From assembly GCA_963514005.1 (NCBI GenBank), contig OY740795.1, forward strand, positions 744,001-808,000: DNA of 64,000 nucleotides. The letters run 5' to 3'. The translations under genes and the position numbers were made by a program. The notes beneath the pieces are model-generated. The model had not been told where the DNA came from. It made no database searches and saw only the letters and a program-made list of their open reading frames with translations. Origin of the DNA: Raja brachyura (taxonomy: Eukaryota). Shown in pieces: positions 13,486-24,600 of this stretch (positions are counted from its first letter, which is position 1; each line of letters begins with the position of its first letter).

Positions 13486-13959
13486 AGCGATAACAGGGAG
13501 AGAGCGGGACGCAGGGCAGGCACCTCACCTTATCTACGGGTAACACAGGGTACACAGGGTCGGATATCTCCGAAAAGTGGCGGTTTGGGGGAAAGAGCAA
13601 CAAAAGAGAGAAGACCAGGAGCCGGATCCGCCTCCAAATAAGTAGTTGATTACTTGAGAAAATCTGAATCTACAATATGAGAGAAGGGCCTTTTGGCAGA
13701 GATGCTGAGCGATGTGATTGTTTAGTCAGGGGAGAATTAATCTCCACAGGCCAGATCTCTGGGTAAGGTGCCCGCCATTTAAAACGAGTTGACATTAATA
13801 TATGCGATAATCTGTCCCAATGGCAAGTAGACGTCCTGTCATTAAATATTCAAGCACGAGACGGATATGTTTTGAGATGGGAATCATTGCATTGAAGGGG
13901 AATACAATCTAATCTGATATCAATAAAATCTAGAACAGTTTTGAACAGTCGAGCACATG

Positions 13960-15280
13960 AGTGGCTGATGCTGTACAATGTGGATATATGTGAGGTTATC
14001 CACTTCGATGGCAAGAACGAGAAAGCGGATTATTATCTGAATGGTGTCAGATTCTGAAAAAGGGAGGTGCAACGAGACCTGGATGCAGACTGAAAGTATG
14101 CATGCAGGTGCAGATGTCAGCGAAGAGAACTAATGGCATGTTGTCCTTCATAGCGAGAAGATTTAAGTTGACGAGCAAAGAGGTCCAACTGCAGTTGCAC
14201 AAGGCCCTGGTGAAACCACAACTGGAACATTGTGTGCAGTTTTGGTCTCCTAATTCTTGTTGGAGAGGAAGTGAAGTGCAGGTTTACCAGATTAATTTCC
14301 GGGATGCCGGAAAAGACACATCTTGAAGCAATGGGGTTGCTGGGTTTGTAATCACTGGAATTTAGGATGAGAGGGTAGCATATGGAAACATAACATTCTT
14401 AGCGCATTAGACAATACACAATGGACAATAGGTGCAGGGGGAGGCCAGACTGCCCTTCAAGCCAGCACACCCATTCAATGTAATCATGGCTGATCATTCA
14501 CAATCAGTACCCCGTTCCTGCTTTCTCCCCATATTCCCTGACTCCGCTATCTTCAAGAAACCTATCTAGCTCTCTCTTGAAAGTATCCAGATAACCGGCC
14601 CCCACCGCACTCTGAGCTAGACAATTACACAGACCCACAACTCTCGGTGTGAAAAAGTATTTCCTCTTCTCAGTTCAAAACGGCTTACCCCTTATTCTTA
14701 AACGGTGCCCCTGGTTCTGGACTACCCCAACATCGGGAACATGTTTCCTGCCTCTTGCTTGTCCAAACACGTAATAATATTTTATGTTTCAATAAGATCC
14801 TCTCTCACCCAACTAAATTCCAGAGTAAAACAAGCCCAGCCGCTCCATTCTCTCAGCACGTGACAGTCACATCATCGCGGGAATTAAGCTTGTGAACCTA
14901 CGCTGCACTCCCTGAAAAACAAAAAAATTGGAGCGGCTAGATGCAGGACATTTCTTGCGAATATTGAGGGAGTCCAGAAACCGAGGGTCGCAGTTTACGA
15001 ATAAGGGGTAGGCTAGTTAGAAACAATGAAACAAAAAAATCAATGCAGGAGTAGGCCATTCGGCCCTTCGACCCAGAACCGCCATTCAATATGATTATGG
15101 ATGATCATCTAAAATTAGTACCCCGTTCCTGTTTACTCCCCGTATCCCTTGATTCCTTTAGCCCCAAGAGCTAAATCTACGTTTTTCTTGAAGTATCCAG
15201 TGAATTGACCTTCACTGTCTTCTGTGGCGGAGAATTCTACAGATTCACAACTCTCTGGGTGAGGAAGTTTTTTCTCACGA
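13960..15280. mobile_element. Cluster of old nested CR1 3' fragments on both strands
   Basis: Degenerate CR1 ORF2 C-terminal and 3' UTR sequence. Partly paralogous to 38970-39560. Confidence 0.75.
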
Positions 15281-15486
15281 GGTAGATAGTTTTGCAGGAC
15301 TGCTCTCGAGTTGTGTTAGGATGGTTCAGTTGCCTGATAACTGCAGGGAAACAACTTTCCCTAAATCTGGATGAGTGAGTTTTGCACACATCTGTACCTT
15401 CTGCCAGATTGGAGAGGGGACTGTGCCTTCACCCTATCTACTACCCCCATATGTTCAGTTGACTGAATGGTTCAAATAGTCTACTG

Positions 15487-15730
15487 AACGTCAGAGAAAC
15501 GTCAGAGCCACATCAGATGCTTCACATCAGATGCCAGGCCACCAAACAAAGCAGCAGATTTAACGATCCTCTTCTCAAACTCTCCATCACCTCGAACATC
15601 GATTTTCAGAAATTCCCAGAACACCGCCCGCAACGAAACGAACAGGCCAGCCGAGGTTCCGGCTCATTCTCCGAGACAGGGGCAGTATCTGCCGGGGGAC
15701 CTGGACTCCAGCATCTTGTCACGTAACCCA
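15487..15730 (+). promoter_or_regulatory. Putative NAR-TCR V promoter region
   Basis: Tandem AACGTCAGAG x2 (CRE half-sites) and CACATCAGATGC x2 (E-box CAGATG) at 15487-15534. CRE-like TGTCACGTAA at 15717-15726, about 30 bp before the leader ATG. Motif inference only. Confidence 0.4.
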
Positions 15731-15752
15731 TTATTTTCCCGGAGAACGCGCG

Positions 15753-15795
15753 ATGGGAATCCTCCTGTTTTTTGTACTGTCACTCTGCTTACGCC
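15753..15795 (+). CDS. NAR-TCR V leader exon (MGILLFFVLSLCLR, phase 1)
   Basis: ATG, a hydrophobic stretch and a GTGAGT donor at 15796. A 153-bp intron ends in a pyrimidine tract and CACAG at 15948, in frame with the V exon. Confidence 0.92.
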
Positions 15796-15948
15796 GTGAG
15801 TACCGGTCCCCTACTCCCGCACAGTTCGGGTTGAACATAAAACAACCCGAGTCCACTCCGACCTGAATTTCAAACACTGTCCGCGATTTATCCTTCTTCC
15901 GTGGTTCGCGCGAATTCCCACTCACCTCTCCCTGTGTTTCATCCACAG

Positions 15949-16241
15949 ACACCTTCAGTCAGTCAGTGACCCAGAGCCCGAGTACGGTGACTGGAAAAGA
16001 GTGCCAACCTGTCACCATCACCTGCCTTTTCAATGAAGGTTCCTGGGGTAACTACGAATTTAAGGTTGGACATTTCTTCAAGCGTGCACAACCCGGTGCT
16101 GAACGGCAGCGGATCACAACAGGTGGACGGGTTGTTGTGTCGACCAATAAAGCGGAAAATACCTTTACGTTGAAAATTCTTGGTTTAAGAGTTGAGGACA
16201 TGGCCACCTATATCTGTCAAGCTGAGTACTGGTGGAGAGAG
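15949..16241 (+). CDS. NAR-TCR V segment (IgNAR-like variable domain), germline, open
   Basis: Encodes (H)TFSQSVTQSPSTVTGKECQPVTITC...GHFFKR...RITTGGRVVVSTNKAENTFTLKILGLRVEDMATYICQAEYWWRE. 63 residues lie between the canonical cysteines, with no conventional CDR2 (vNAR-like). Extra FR1 Cys. RSS directly follows. Confidence 0.9.
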
Positions 16242-16279
16242 CACAGTGATGGGACTGCGGTTCCAGCAATACAAAAATC
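16242..16279 (+). other. 23-type RSS of NAR-TCR V
   Basis: CACAGTG, 22-bp spacer, ACAAAAATC. Confidence 0.95.
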
Positions 16280-16601
16280 CTGACGGCAGAATCTAGTAGC
16301 AACGTGTGGACGCGAGGTGAATCCACCGGGTAACCCACGGTTCCGCCTTGTCCCGCCTGCACTTCATTTTGGGTTGTACCGGATGAAATGCTTGCGATTC
16401 AAACAATGGGGTTTCTCTATTTGGCGAATGCGGCTGGATAATGCCCCCTTTACCTACAATGGTGTAAACGAACTGCCATCGAGAATGACTGACCACTCTT
16501 CTAATGCACAACTCCAGACAGGATCTAGTTACAGAAACTGCAATCTGAAAATGCATTCGCTGAACGTTAATCTCCTGCCCGCCCGTCTCGCCGGGCGCCT
16601 G

Positions 16602-16630
16602 GGGATATGTAAGCGACGTGAAACAACGTG
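16602..16630 (+). other. 5' 12-type RSS of the D segment (non-consensus)
   Basis: GGGATATGT (6/9 to GGTTTTTGT), 13-bp spacer, CAACGTG (consensus CACTGTG, terminal GTG kept). Confidence 0.65.
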
Positions 16631-16645
16631 TGGGACTGGAATATC
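16631..16645 (+). CDS. NAR-TCR D segment TGGGACTGGAATATC
   Basis: 15 bp between two heptamers, located between V and J. Reads WDWNI, GTGI or GLEY; all frames open. Confidence 0.88.
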
Positions 16646-16673
16646 CACAGTGGAACAGAGTCGAATAAAAACT
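16646..16673 (+). other. 3' 12-RSS of the D segment
   Basis: CACAGTG, 12-bp spacer, ATAAAAACT (7/9). Confidence 0.9.
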
Positions 16674-16987
16674 CACCCCATTTAAGATATATATATGTTC
16701 GTGGGTTCTGGAACCAAAATCAAATGATTGTTGTCCGTGACGCTGTAGTCCAGATAAATTGCATAGGGATTGCCACATTCCCGTTAATATTCCTTATAAT
16801 TGTTTCCGTGTTTGTCAAAGCACACCAGTCTGCGCGGGGGATCACTCTGCTCTTAGCTCTGTTTCTTTGGGGGGGAACAGGTCGACCACCGAGGATTGGG
16901 GAGCAAGGACAGTTACTGGTTGGTCTGAAACGCCTTGAATAATTGGACAGCGCGTCTTATGTTTCCCGGGCAAATCAAGGTGAGAAC

Positions 16988-17026
16988 TGTTCTTGTACTG
17001 CGAGCATCGAGAGACGGGGCACTGTG
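16988..17026 (+). other. 23-RSS of NAR-TCR J
   Basis: TGTTCTTGT, 23-bp spacer, perfect CACTGTG. Confidence 0.93.
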
Positions 17027-17084
17027 GCTTCATGGGCCACTTACTATCAGGATGGGACGGGGACTACGGTGACTGTCACAGCCG
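17027..17084 (+). CDS. NAR-TCR J segment (ASWATYYQDGTGTTVTVTA)
   Basis: Follows the RSS. IgNAR-type DGxGTxVTV motif instead of W/FGxG. Phase-1 GTGAGT donor at 17085. Confidence 0.93.
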
Positions 17085-17619
17085 GTGAGTAGCATAATCC
17101 ACTCTTATCCACTGCTGTTCTTGGAAATATGCCGTTTCCTTTAATATTGGGTCATGAGGCATCAATTGGTTTCCAATTGGAACAGATCCTATTTGTAAAA
17201 GGGATCCAGCAACTTGGTACAGATGTTACGGTACGGGCGAGTCCACGGAGAGGATATGTGGGGCTCCACGGGAGAACAAAGCTAATCAGGTTCAATAATA
17301 GCCTCTTCCCTAAAACAATCAGGGTCGGGAACACCACGCAGTGCAAACCACAGCTATGAATTTCTATGCAGACACAAGGAAATACGGAAGCTGAAATCGG
17401 AATCTGAAGTCAAGATACCAAATGTCGGCTATCAATGTTCTCCCGAAATACTGCTGACCCGCGCAGTTAATGCTGCCACCAAACCACCGGCTTGCTCCAA
17501 AACACTATGTGAATTCACCCTCTTCGTCGACAAGTTACTGCACTACGTTCTGTTGATAAACTTTTCATAATTGTCTATACAAAGGATTTGTTTTTTTTGT
17601 TGCCCTAGGATTGTGGCCA

Positions 17620-19920
17620 TTGAATTATTGAGTTCGTTTTTGGATCATATAGTATGAGAAGAATGGGGTAATCGTACGGAAGTGTAGAAAATCATGGAAA
17701 GAATACATCGGGTAGATACGCAGAGTCCCTTGTGAAGAGTTGGAGAGTCGAGATCCGGAGGACACAGGTTTAAGCTGAAGGGGAAGATTTAATACGATTT
17801 GAGGGGTAACGTTTTCACACGGAGAGTACTGGGTGTACAGAACAAGTTGCCAGAGCACATAATTGAAGCTGACACTATCCCACTGTTTAAGAATCAGTTA
17901 GACAAGTACATGGACAGGACAGGTTTGTATGGATTTGGAACAAACGCGGGCAGCTGGCACTAATGCAGCTGTGACATGTTGGACGGTTGGGCGACGTGAG
18001 CCGAAGAACCAGTTTCCGCGATATATCGCTCCATGACTCTATGACGGTGTTATCTGATAAAGCATATTTCATTTCTAGGCCTGTGTAGATCTACAAGTAA
18101 GAATGTCACTGTTCTATTGTCGGAACAGATTACATTTGAACACCCTGGAATAGTAACTTTTGATTCTAGCGGGCAATGACTGTTGGCCTTAACAACTATG
18201 CCCACATCCAATATAAAGAAAAAACCATAACGCATAGAAGCAGAGTTAGGCCATTTGCTCGCTGTCGGAAATGAAAACGAAAAGTTCGTGGGTGTAGACT
18301 GCGATATGTACCAAGAGTCAATTCAGAGAAAATGGGGAAAGTATCCGAGTTTGGAGTGTGAGGACGAAATGCCGAGTCAATGCTGCTCAAATCTCAGTCA
18401 GAGTAACCAGAGTGATCAAAACGTATCCTTCTCAAGTCCAGTCCTAGTGTGACGGCTAGGAGTTAGCAAACGCTTCTGATGCGCGACCGAATGATCCCCT
18501 ACATAATTCGCGTAAACTTCCGTTTGGCAATCTCCAAAGCCACCATATCCTTCCACAGATACGGGGCCCAAAACTGCGCGCGATATTCCAAATGTGATCA
18601 AATCAGTGCCTAAAAAACGACCATTTGCATTAGATCCCTGTTACCATATTCTAGTCATCTCGAAATGAATGCTAAAATGTAATATGTCACCCTCAACGAC
18701 GATTCACTCTGGAATTCTGGAATTTTGGAATTCCCGCACCAATTTTCCCAAGTCTCTTTGCAGCTCAATTTCTGAATCCTCTCCTGATACAGAAAATAAT
18801 CGACATCGTTATTCCTTCCGCCAAAGTGCATGGACGTATAGTGTGCTGTGGAGTATTCCATCTGCCACTATTTGCCCCCTCTTCCAACCTGTTCAAGTAA
18901 CTCTGCAGACTCCATGCTTGCTCAACACTACATGCCCCTTCACCTATGTTTGGCATCGTCCGCGATATCAGCCGCAAAGCCATCAATTCCATCATCCAGC
19001 TCGTAAACATACAACGGGAAAAGTAGTGGACACAACATTGACCCATTAGTCAAAGGCAGCAAGAGAAAAAGATAACATTTGACCTGAAACGGACAGCCTA
19101 TCCACATTGACACCTTATCTATAACACCAATACTCCAATCTTAATTAGCGGCATCGCGTCCTGCACCGTTTAATATGCATCAGAAAATTTAAGTAAGCAG
19201 CATTCCTGACTTTCCTTTGTCCATCCTGCTTGTTACGTTCACAAAGAATGTCAACAGATTTGAAAGGCAAGAGCCCCCCCCCCCCCCCCCAACCCCTGCT
19301 GACTTCCCCGCTTTTAACGTGTTTTATCATGTGCTTCAAGGTAATTAGAACCTCATTTTTACTAAGGGTCTCTAAAATCTTACCAACTATTGAAGTCATG
19401 CTAACGGCCTTATCATTACAGCGGGCTGCGAGTGAAGCTGGACCCACTGTAAACATTCCACAAACTGAAATCAAACGACAGCTGCCAGAACTGTTGAAAC
19501 GGTTCTCGGGAGGGGAAAATATGAACCGCAAGCAGCAAAAAGCGGGCGACCAAGATTGAAAACTAAAACTGTTCTTCAATTAAATGAAAGTAAAACGTAG
19601 AAGTACGTGGCCCAGTAAAAATAAAAACAACTCTTAATACAAAGCATTTATCCCGGTTTGTGTAAATTGCACTTACAAGATGACTATCCAGTTGTTAAAC
19701 ACGGAAGGCAGTGGAGGCCAAGTCAGGGGTAAAAAATAAAGCAGCGATTGATAGATTCACGATTAGTCGAAGCGTCAGAGGTTATTGTTATTGCGGAGAA
19801 TGCAGGAGAATTGGGTTCGCAAGGTGAGATAGTTCAGCCATCATTGAATGGCGGAGTAGCCTTGATGGATCGAATGGCCTAATTATACTTCTATCACATG
19901 ACCTTATTACCTTATGCCTT
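17620..19920. mobile_element. Old CR1 and SINE fragments in the J to V-delta intron
   Basis: CR1 3' ends on + (about 17620-18040 and 19700-19915). Degenerate RT on - (about 18440-19410; MHFGGRNNDVDYFL). Confidence 0.6.
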
Positions 19921-20204
19921 AAATGCGAACACATCACTGTTGAACTTTAATTATATCCAGGAAGGATACACTGCAGTCGAGCTGTAGGGAGAATGACTAG
20001 TGCTATTGTTTTAACGCGAAGAACCAATTACAAAATGTTACAGATCCAAGTAAGGTAATGTGGCTCATTCACCGGATCCCTACTCTCTAAATCAGCGCCA
20101 CGATTATTCCATGCTCGCTTTGACTGTTCCCACAGCGTGGGATGTTTCCAATTTCCCTTTCATAATCAGAGTTTGACCTCGCGGATATTCGTCAGTGATT
20201 TTCA

Positions 20205-20540
20205 CCACGGTGGCGCAACGGTGGAGCTGCTGCTCAACAGCGCTGTTAGCACCTGAGACAGGAGTTCGATCCCGACTCCGGGTATGTCTCTCCAGACTTT
20301 ATCTGTTGTCCCCATAATCTGCGTGGGTTTTCTCCGAGATCTAGGGTTTCTTCCCACACTCCAAATACGGACAGTTTTGAAGGGTATTTGGATTCTATAA
20401 ATGCAAATTATCCATCGTGTGTGTGGGATAGTGTTAATGTGCGGGGATTGCAGGGCGCCGCTAACGGTGGGCCGAACGGGTCCGTTCCCGCGCTGTGTCC
20501 CTAAACTCAACTAAACTGAACTAAATTAAACTAAACTGAA
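20205..20540 (+). mobile_element. tRNA-derived SINE (V-SINE/HE1-like)
   Basis: A-box GGTGGCGCAACGG, B-box GTTCGATCC, core TGCGTGGGTTTTCTCCG..TTCCCACACTCCAAA, and a (CTAAA)n tail. Confidence 0.85.
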
Positions 20541-20692
20541 GGAAATTAAAAGTCAACACGTCGCAGGAACAGTTTCCATACATTTTGCTAAAATGTGATG
20601 AAGTACCGGAGACGGTAACCAGCTTCTCCGCATGTCACAGTCTCCAACAGTCAATGTTAAAACAATAACAATTCCCCTGTTATTTTCTGCAG

Positions 20693-20998
20693 ACTCAATT
20701 TCCGCGGGTTCCCAGAGTTCGCCTCAACAATCCTCTCTTTCTGGTGACACTGTTACTCTTAACTGCGAATATTCCGGATTCTGCTCGTACACAGTACACT
20801 GGTACCGACAGTTCCCAGGGCAGGCTCTGGAATTCCTGCTCCAAAGACACACTTCAGGAAAACAAGATAAGGAAGAGGCTGCCGAAGGCCGTATTACCGG
20901 TTCACTCGATCCTGACCAGAAAATCAGTCAGTTAACGTTATCTGAATTACTGCCGAGCGACGAGGCTGTGTATTACTGTGGGATGAGTCCACGCATCG
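20693..20998 (+). CDS. Leaderless supporting TCR-delta V exon of the NAR-TCR cassette
   Basis: TTATTTTCTGCAG acceptor, phase 1, in frame with the J donor. Encodes DSISAGSQ...VTLNCEYSGFCSYTVHWYRQFPGQALEFLL...DEAVYYCGMSPRI, with canonical C/W/YYC and an extra CDR1 Cys. No leader exon seen upstream. Confidence 0.92.
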
Positions 20999-21037
20999 CA
21001 CAGTGACACCGCGCAGTGAGATAGCTGTACCAAAACC
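20999..21037 (+). other. 23-RSS of supporting V-delta
   Basis: CACAGTG, 23-bp spacer, ACCAAAACC (8/9). Confidence 0.95.
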
Positions 21038-21185
21038 TCAGCGTGGCGGAATACAGGCACTCAGCATTGCAGAACATCTGCGGCGCTATCCGAGAACCTC
21101 AGTGTCGTATGGATCGATTACACGTTGCGAGGGAAGGAAGAGAAAGATAAAGCTTAGAAAGATAAATTATGTTCAAACGTACAGA

Positions 21186-21430
21186 NNNNNNNNNNNNNNN
21201 NNNNNNNNNNNNNNNNNNNNNNNNNNNNNNNNNNNNNNNNNNNNNNNNNNNNNNNNNNNNNNNNNNNNNNNNNNNNNNNNNNNNNNNNNNNNNNNNNNNN
21301 NNNNNNNNNNNNNNNNNNNNNNNNNNNNNNNNNNNNNNNNNNNNNNNNNNNNNNNNNNNNNNNNNNNNNNNNNNNNNNNNNNNNNNNNNNNNNNNNNNNN
21401 NNNNNNNNNNNNNNNNNNNNNNNNNNNNNN
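21186..21430. other. Assembly gap (245 N)
   Basis: Run of N. Confidence 1.
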
Positions 21431-21609
21431 TCTGGGGATAATAGGCGGAAATGGAGGTGAAGTTGAAAATCGGCCCTGGCTTTAAATATCTGAGTGCTCG
21501 TCAGTGGGTAGGTAAACATCAGCCGCTGATTTTCATTCCCACCATTCTTCATACACACGAGCAGAACACAAACACACACATACTAACACGGTTTAAAAAT
21601 CTCATTCAC

Positions 21610-21694
21610 CTACTGCTGCCAATTTGTTCCAGTATACTTTACGAAGCAGCGGCAGACGTATCAGTATGAAGACTGATGGAGTGCCTCTATTCAT
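21610..21694 (-). other. Candidate orphan first or leader-like exon (MNRGTPSVFILIRLPLLRKVYWNKLAAV, phase 1)
   Basis: ATG at 21694, 85 nt, donor G|GTGAAT. A 178-bp intron ends in a pyrimidine-rich tract and CCCCAG one base before the gap. Only weakly signal-peptide-like. Confidence 0.35.
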
Positions 21695-24600
21695 GCGCTG
21701 GTGGGGGTGCACACTGTGCAGAAGGTTGGAGCTGCTCAGTTCCGCACTGGAGAACATAAAATCTCCCCCTTCCCTGAACAGAAATGGAATCCGGACGACT
21801 GGACCATGAGGGAAACTGGCTTAATTATTGTGCCTTACTCTACGTAACTAATTCTCATAGAATCATTGATTCATAGAAAATAGGTGCAGGAGTAGGCCAT
21901 TCGGCCCTTCGATCCTGCACCGCCATTCAATATGATCATGGCTGATCATCCAACTCAGTATCCTGTACCTGCCTTCTCTCCATACCCCCTGATCCCTTAA
22001 GCCACAAGAGCCACATCTAGCTCCCTCTTCAATATAGCCAATGAACTGGCCTCAACTATCTTCTGTGGCAGGGAATTGCACAGACTCACCACTCTCTGTG
22101 TGAAAAAACATCTTCTCATCTCGGTCCTAAAATACTTCCCCCTTATCCTTAAACTGTGACCCCTTGTTCTGGACTTCCTGATCGGGAACATTCTTCCTGC
22201 ATCTAGCCTTTCCAAACCCTTAAGAATTTTGGAAGCCTCTATAAGATGCCCACTCCATCGCCTAAATTCCAGCGAGTACAAGCCGAATCCATCTAGTCTT
22301 TCTTCATTTGGAAGTCCTCCCATCCCAGGAATCAGTCTCGTGAACCTTCTCTGTACTCCCTCTATGGCAAGAATGTATTTCCTCAGATTAGGAGACCAAA
22401 ACTGTACGCAATACTCCAGGTATGGCCTCACCAAGCCCCTGTACAACTGAAGTACAACCTCCCTGCTGTTGTACTCAAATACTTTTGCTATGAATGCCAA
22501 CATACCATTCGCTTCCTTCACAGCCTGCTGCACCTGCATGCCTACTTTCAATGACTGGTGTACCAAGTCACCCAGGTCTCGTTGCATCTCCCCTTTTCCT
22601 AATCGGCCACAATTCAGATGATAATCTACCCTCCTGTTTTTGCTGCCAAAGTAGATAACCTCACATTTATCCACATTATACTGCATCTGCCATGCATTTG
22701 CCCACTCACCCAAACTATCCACTCACCTTGCAGCCTGCTAGCATCCTTCTCACAGCTAACACTGCCCCCCAGCTTCGCGCCATCCGCCAACTTGGAGATG
22801 TTGCATTTAATTCCCTCATCCAGATCACTAATATATAATGTAAATAGCTGGGGTCCAAGCACTGAGCCTTGTGGTACCCCATTAGTCACTGCCTGCCATT
22901 CTGAAAATGACCCGTTTACTCGTACTCTTTGCTTCATGTCTGCCAGCCAGTTCTCTATCCACATCAATACTGAACCCCCAATACCGTGTGCTTTAAGTTT
23001 GTATACTAATCTCTGATGTGGGACATGTCGAAAGCCTTCTGAAAGTCCAGATATAACACATCCACGGGTTCTCCCTTATCCACTCTACTAGTTACATCCT
23101 CAAAAACTTCTATAAGATTCGTCAGGCATGTTTTACCTTTCATAAATCCACGTTGGCTTTGTCCAATGATTTTACCGCTTTCCAAATGTGCTGCTATCCC
23201 ATCTTAAATAACTGACTCGCATTTTCCCCACTACCGATGTTAGACTAATTGGCTTGTAATTCCCCGTTTTCTCTCTCCCACCCTTTTAAAAAAAGTTGGG
23301 TTACATTAACTACCCTCCAATCCTCAGGAACTACTCCAGAATCTAAAGATTTTTGGAAAATTATCACTAATGCATCCACTATTTCTGGGGCTACTTCCGT
23401 AAGTACACTGTGATGCAGACTCTCTGGCCCTGGGGATTTATCGGCCTTTAATCCATTCAATTTACCTAACACCACTTCCCGGATAACCTGGATTTCACTC
23501 AGTTCCTTAATCTCATTTGACCCGCGGTCCCCTGCTATTTCTGGCAGATTATTGATGTCTTCCTTTGTGAAGACAGAACCAAAGTAGCTTTTCAATCGGT
23601 CTGCATGTCCTAGTTCCCCATAATCAATTCACCTTTTTCTGACTGCATGGGACATACATTTGTTTAAACTAAGCTTTTTCTCTTCACATGTCTGTAAAAA
23701 CTTTTGCAGTCCGTTTTTATTTTCCAGTTTTCTTTCATAATCTATTTTCCCTTTCCTAATTAACAAGACTGCTAACTAACCCTTCCTCATTACTCAGTAC
23801 CCAGTCTAGAATAGCCTGTTCTCTCGTTGGTTCCTCGACATGTTGGTTTAGAAAACTATGCCGCATATATTCCAATAAATCCTCTTCCTCAGCACCCCTG
23901 CCAATTTGATTCACCCCATCTATATGTGGATTGAAGTCACCCATTATAACTGTTTTACCCTTGTTGCACGCATTTATAATTTCATGTTTGATGCCATCCC
24001 CAACTCCACTACTAATGTTAGGTGGCCAGTACACGACTCCCACTAGCGTTTTCTGCCCCTTAGTGTTTCGCAGATCTACCCAGATCGATTCCACATCCTC
24101 CAAGCTAATGTCCTTCCTTTTTATTGCGTTAATCTCCTCTCTAACCAGCAACGATGCTCCACCTCATTTTCCTTTCTGTCTATCCCTCCTGAATATTGAA
24201 TATCCCTGGATGTTCAGCTCCCAGCCTTGGTCGGCCTGGAGTCATGTCACCGTGATCCCAACTATATCACATTCATTAATAACTATCTGTACATTCAACT
24301 CATCCACCTTATTACGAATGCTCCTTGCATTGAGAAACCAATTCTTCAGGCTTGTTTTTACAACACTCTTACCACTTATGCAATTATGTTGAAAAGTGGC
24401 CCTTTTTGATTTTTGCCCTGGGTTTTTCTGCCTGCCACTTTTACTTTTCATCTTGCTACCTATTTCTTCTAACCTCATCTTACATCCCTCTGTCTCTCTG
24501 CTCATGCTCCCACCCCCCTGCCGCGTTAGTTTAAATCCTCCCTGACAGCAGTAGCAAACACTCTCCCAAGGACATTGGTTCCCTTCAAGCCCAGGCGCAG

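Noticed and set aside
16300-16330. Possible second D (CAACGTG-TGGACGCGAGGTGAATC-CACCGGG)
   Set aside because: Resembles the real D and its heptamers, but there is no nonamer at 12 or 23 bp on either side. At best a relic.
20205-20285. tRNA gene
   Set aside because: The A and B boxes belong to a SINE head followed by SINE core and tail.
20632-20692. In-frame ATG (MSQSPTVNVKTITIPLLFSA) as a leader for the V-delta
   Set aside because: Poor hydrophobic core; the apolar residues come from the polypyrimidine tract. Splicing from J explains the exon.
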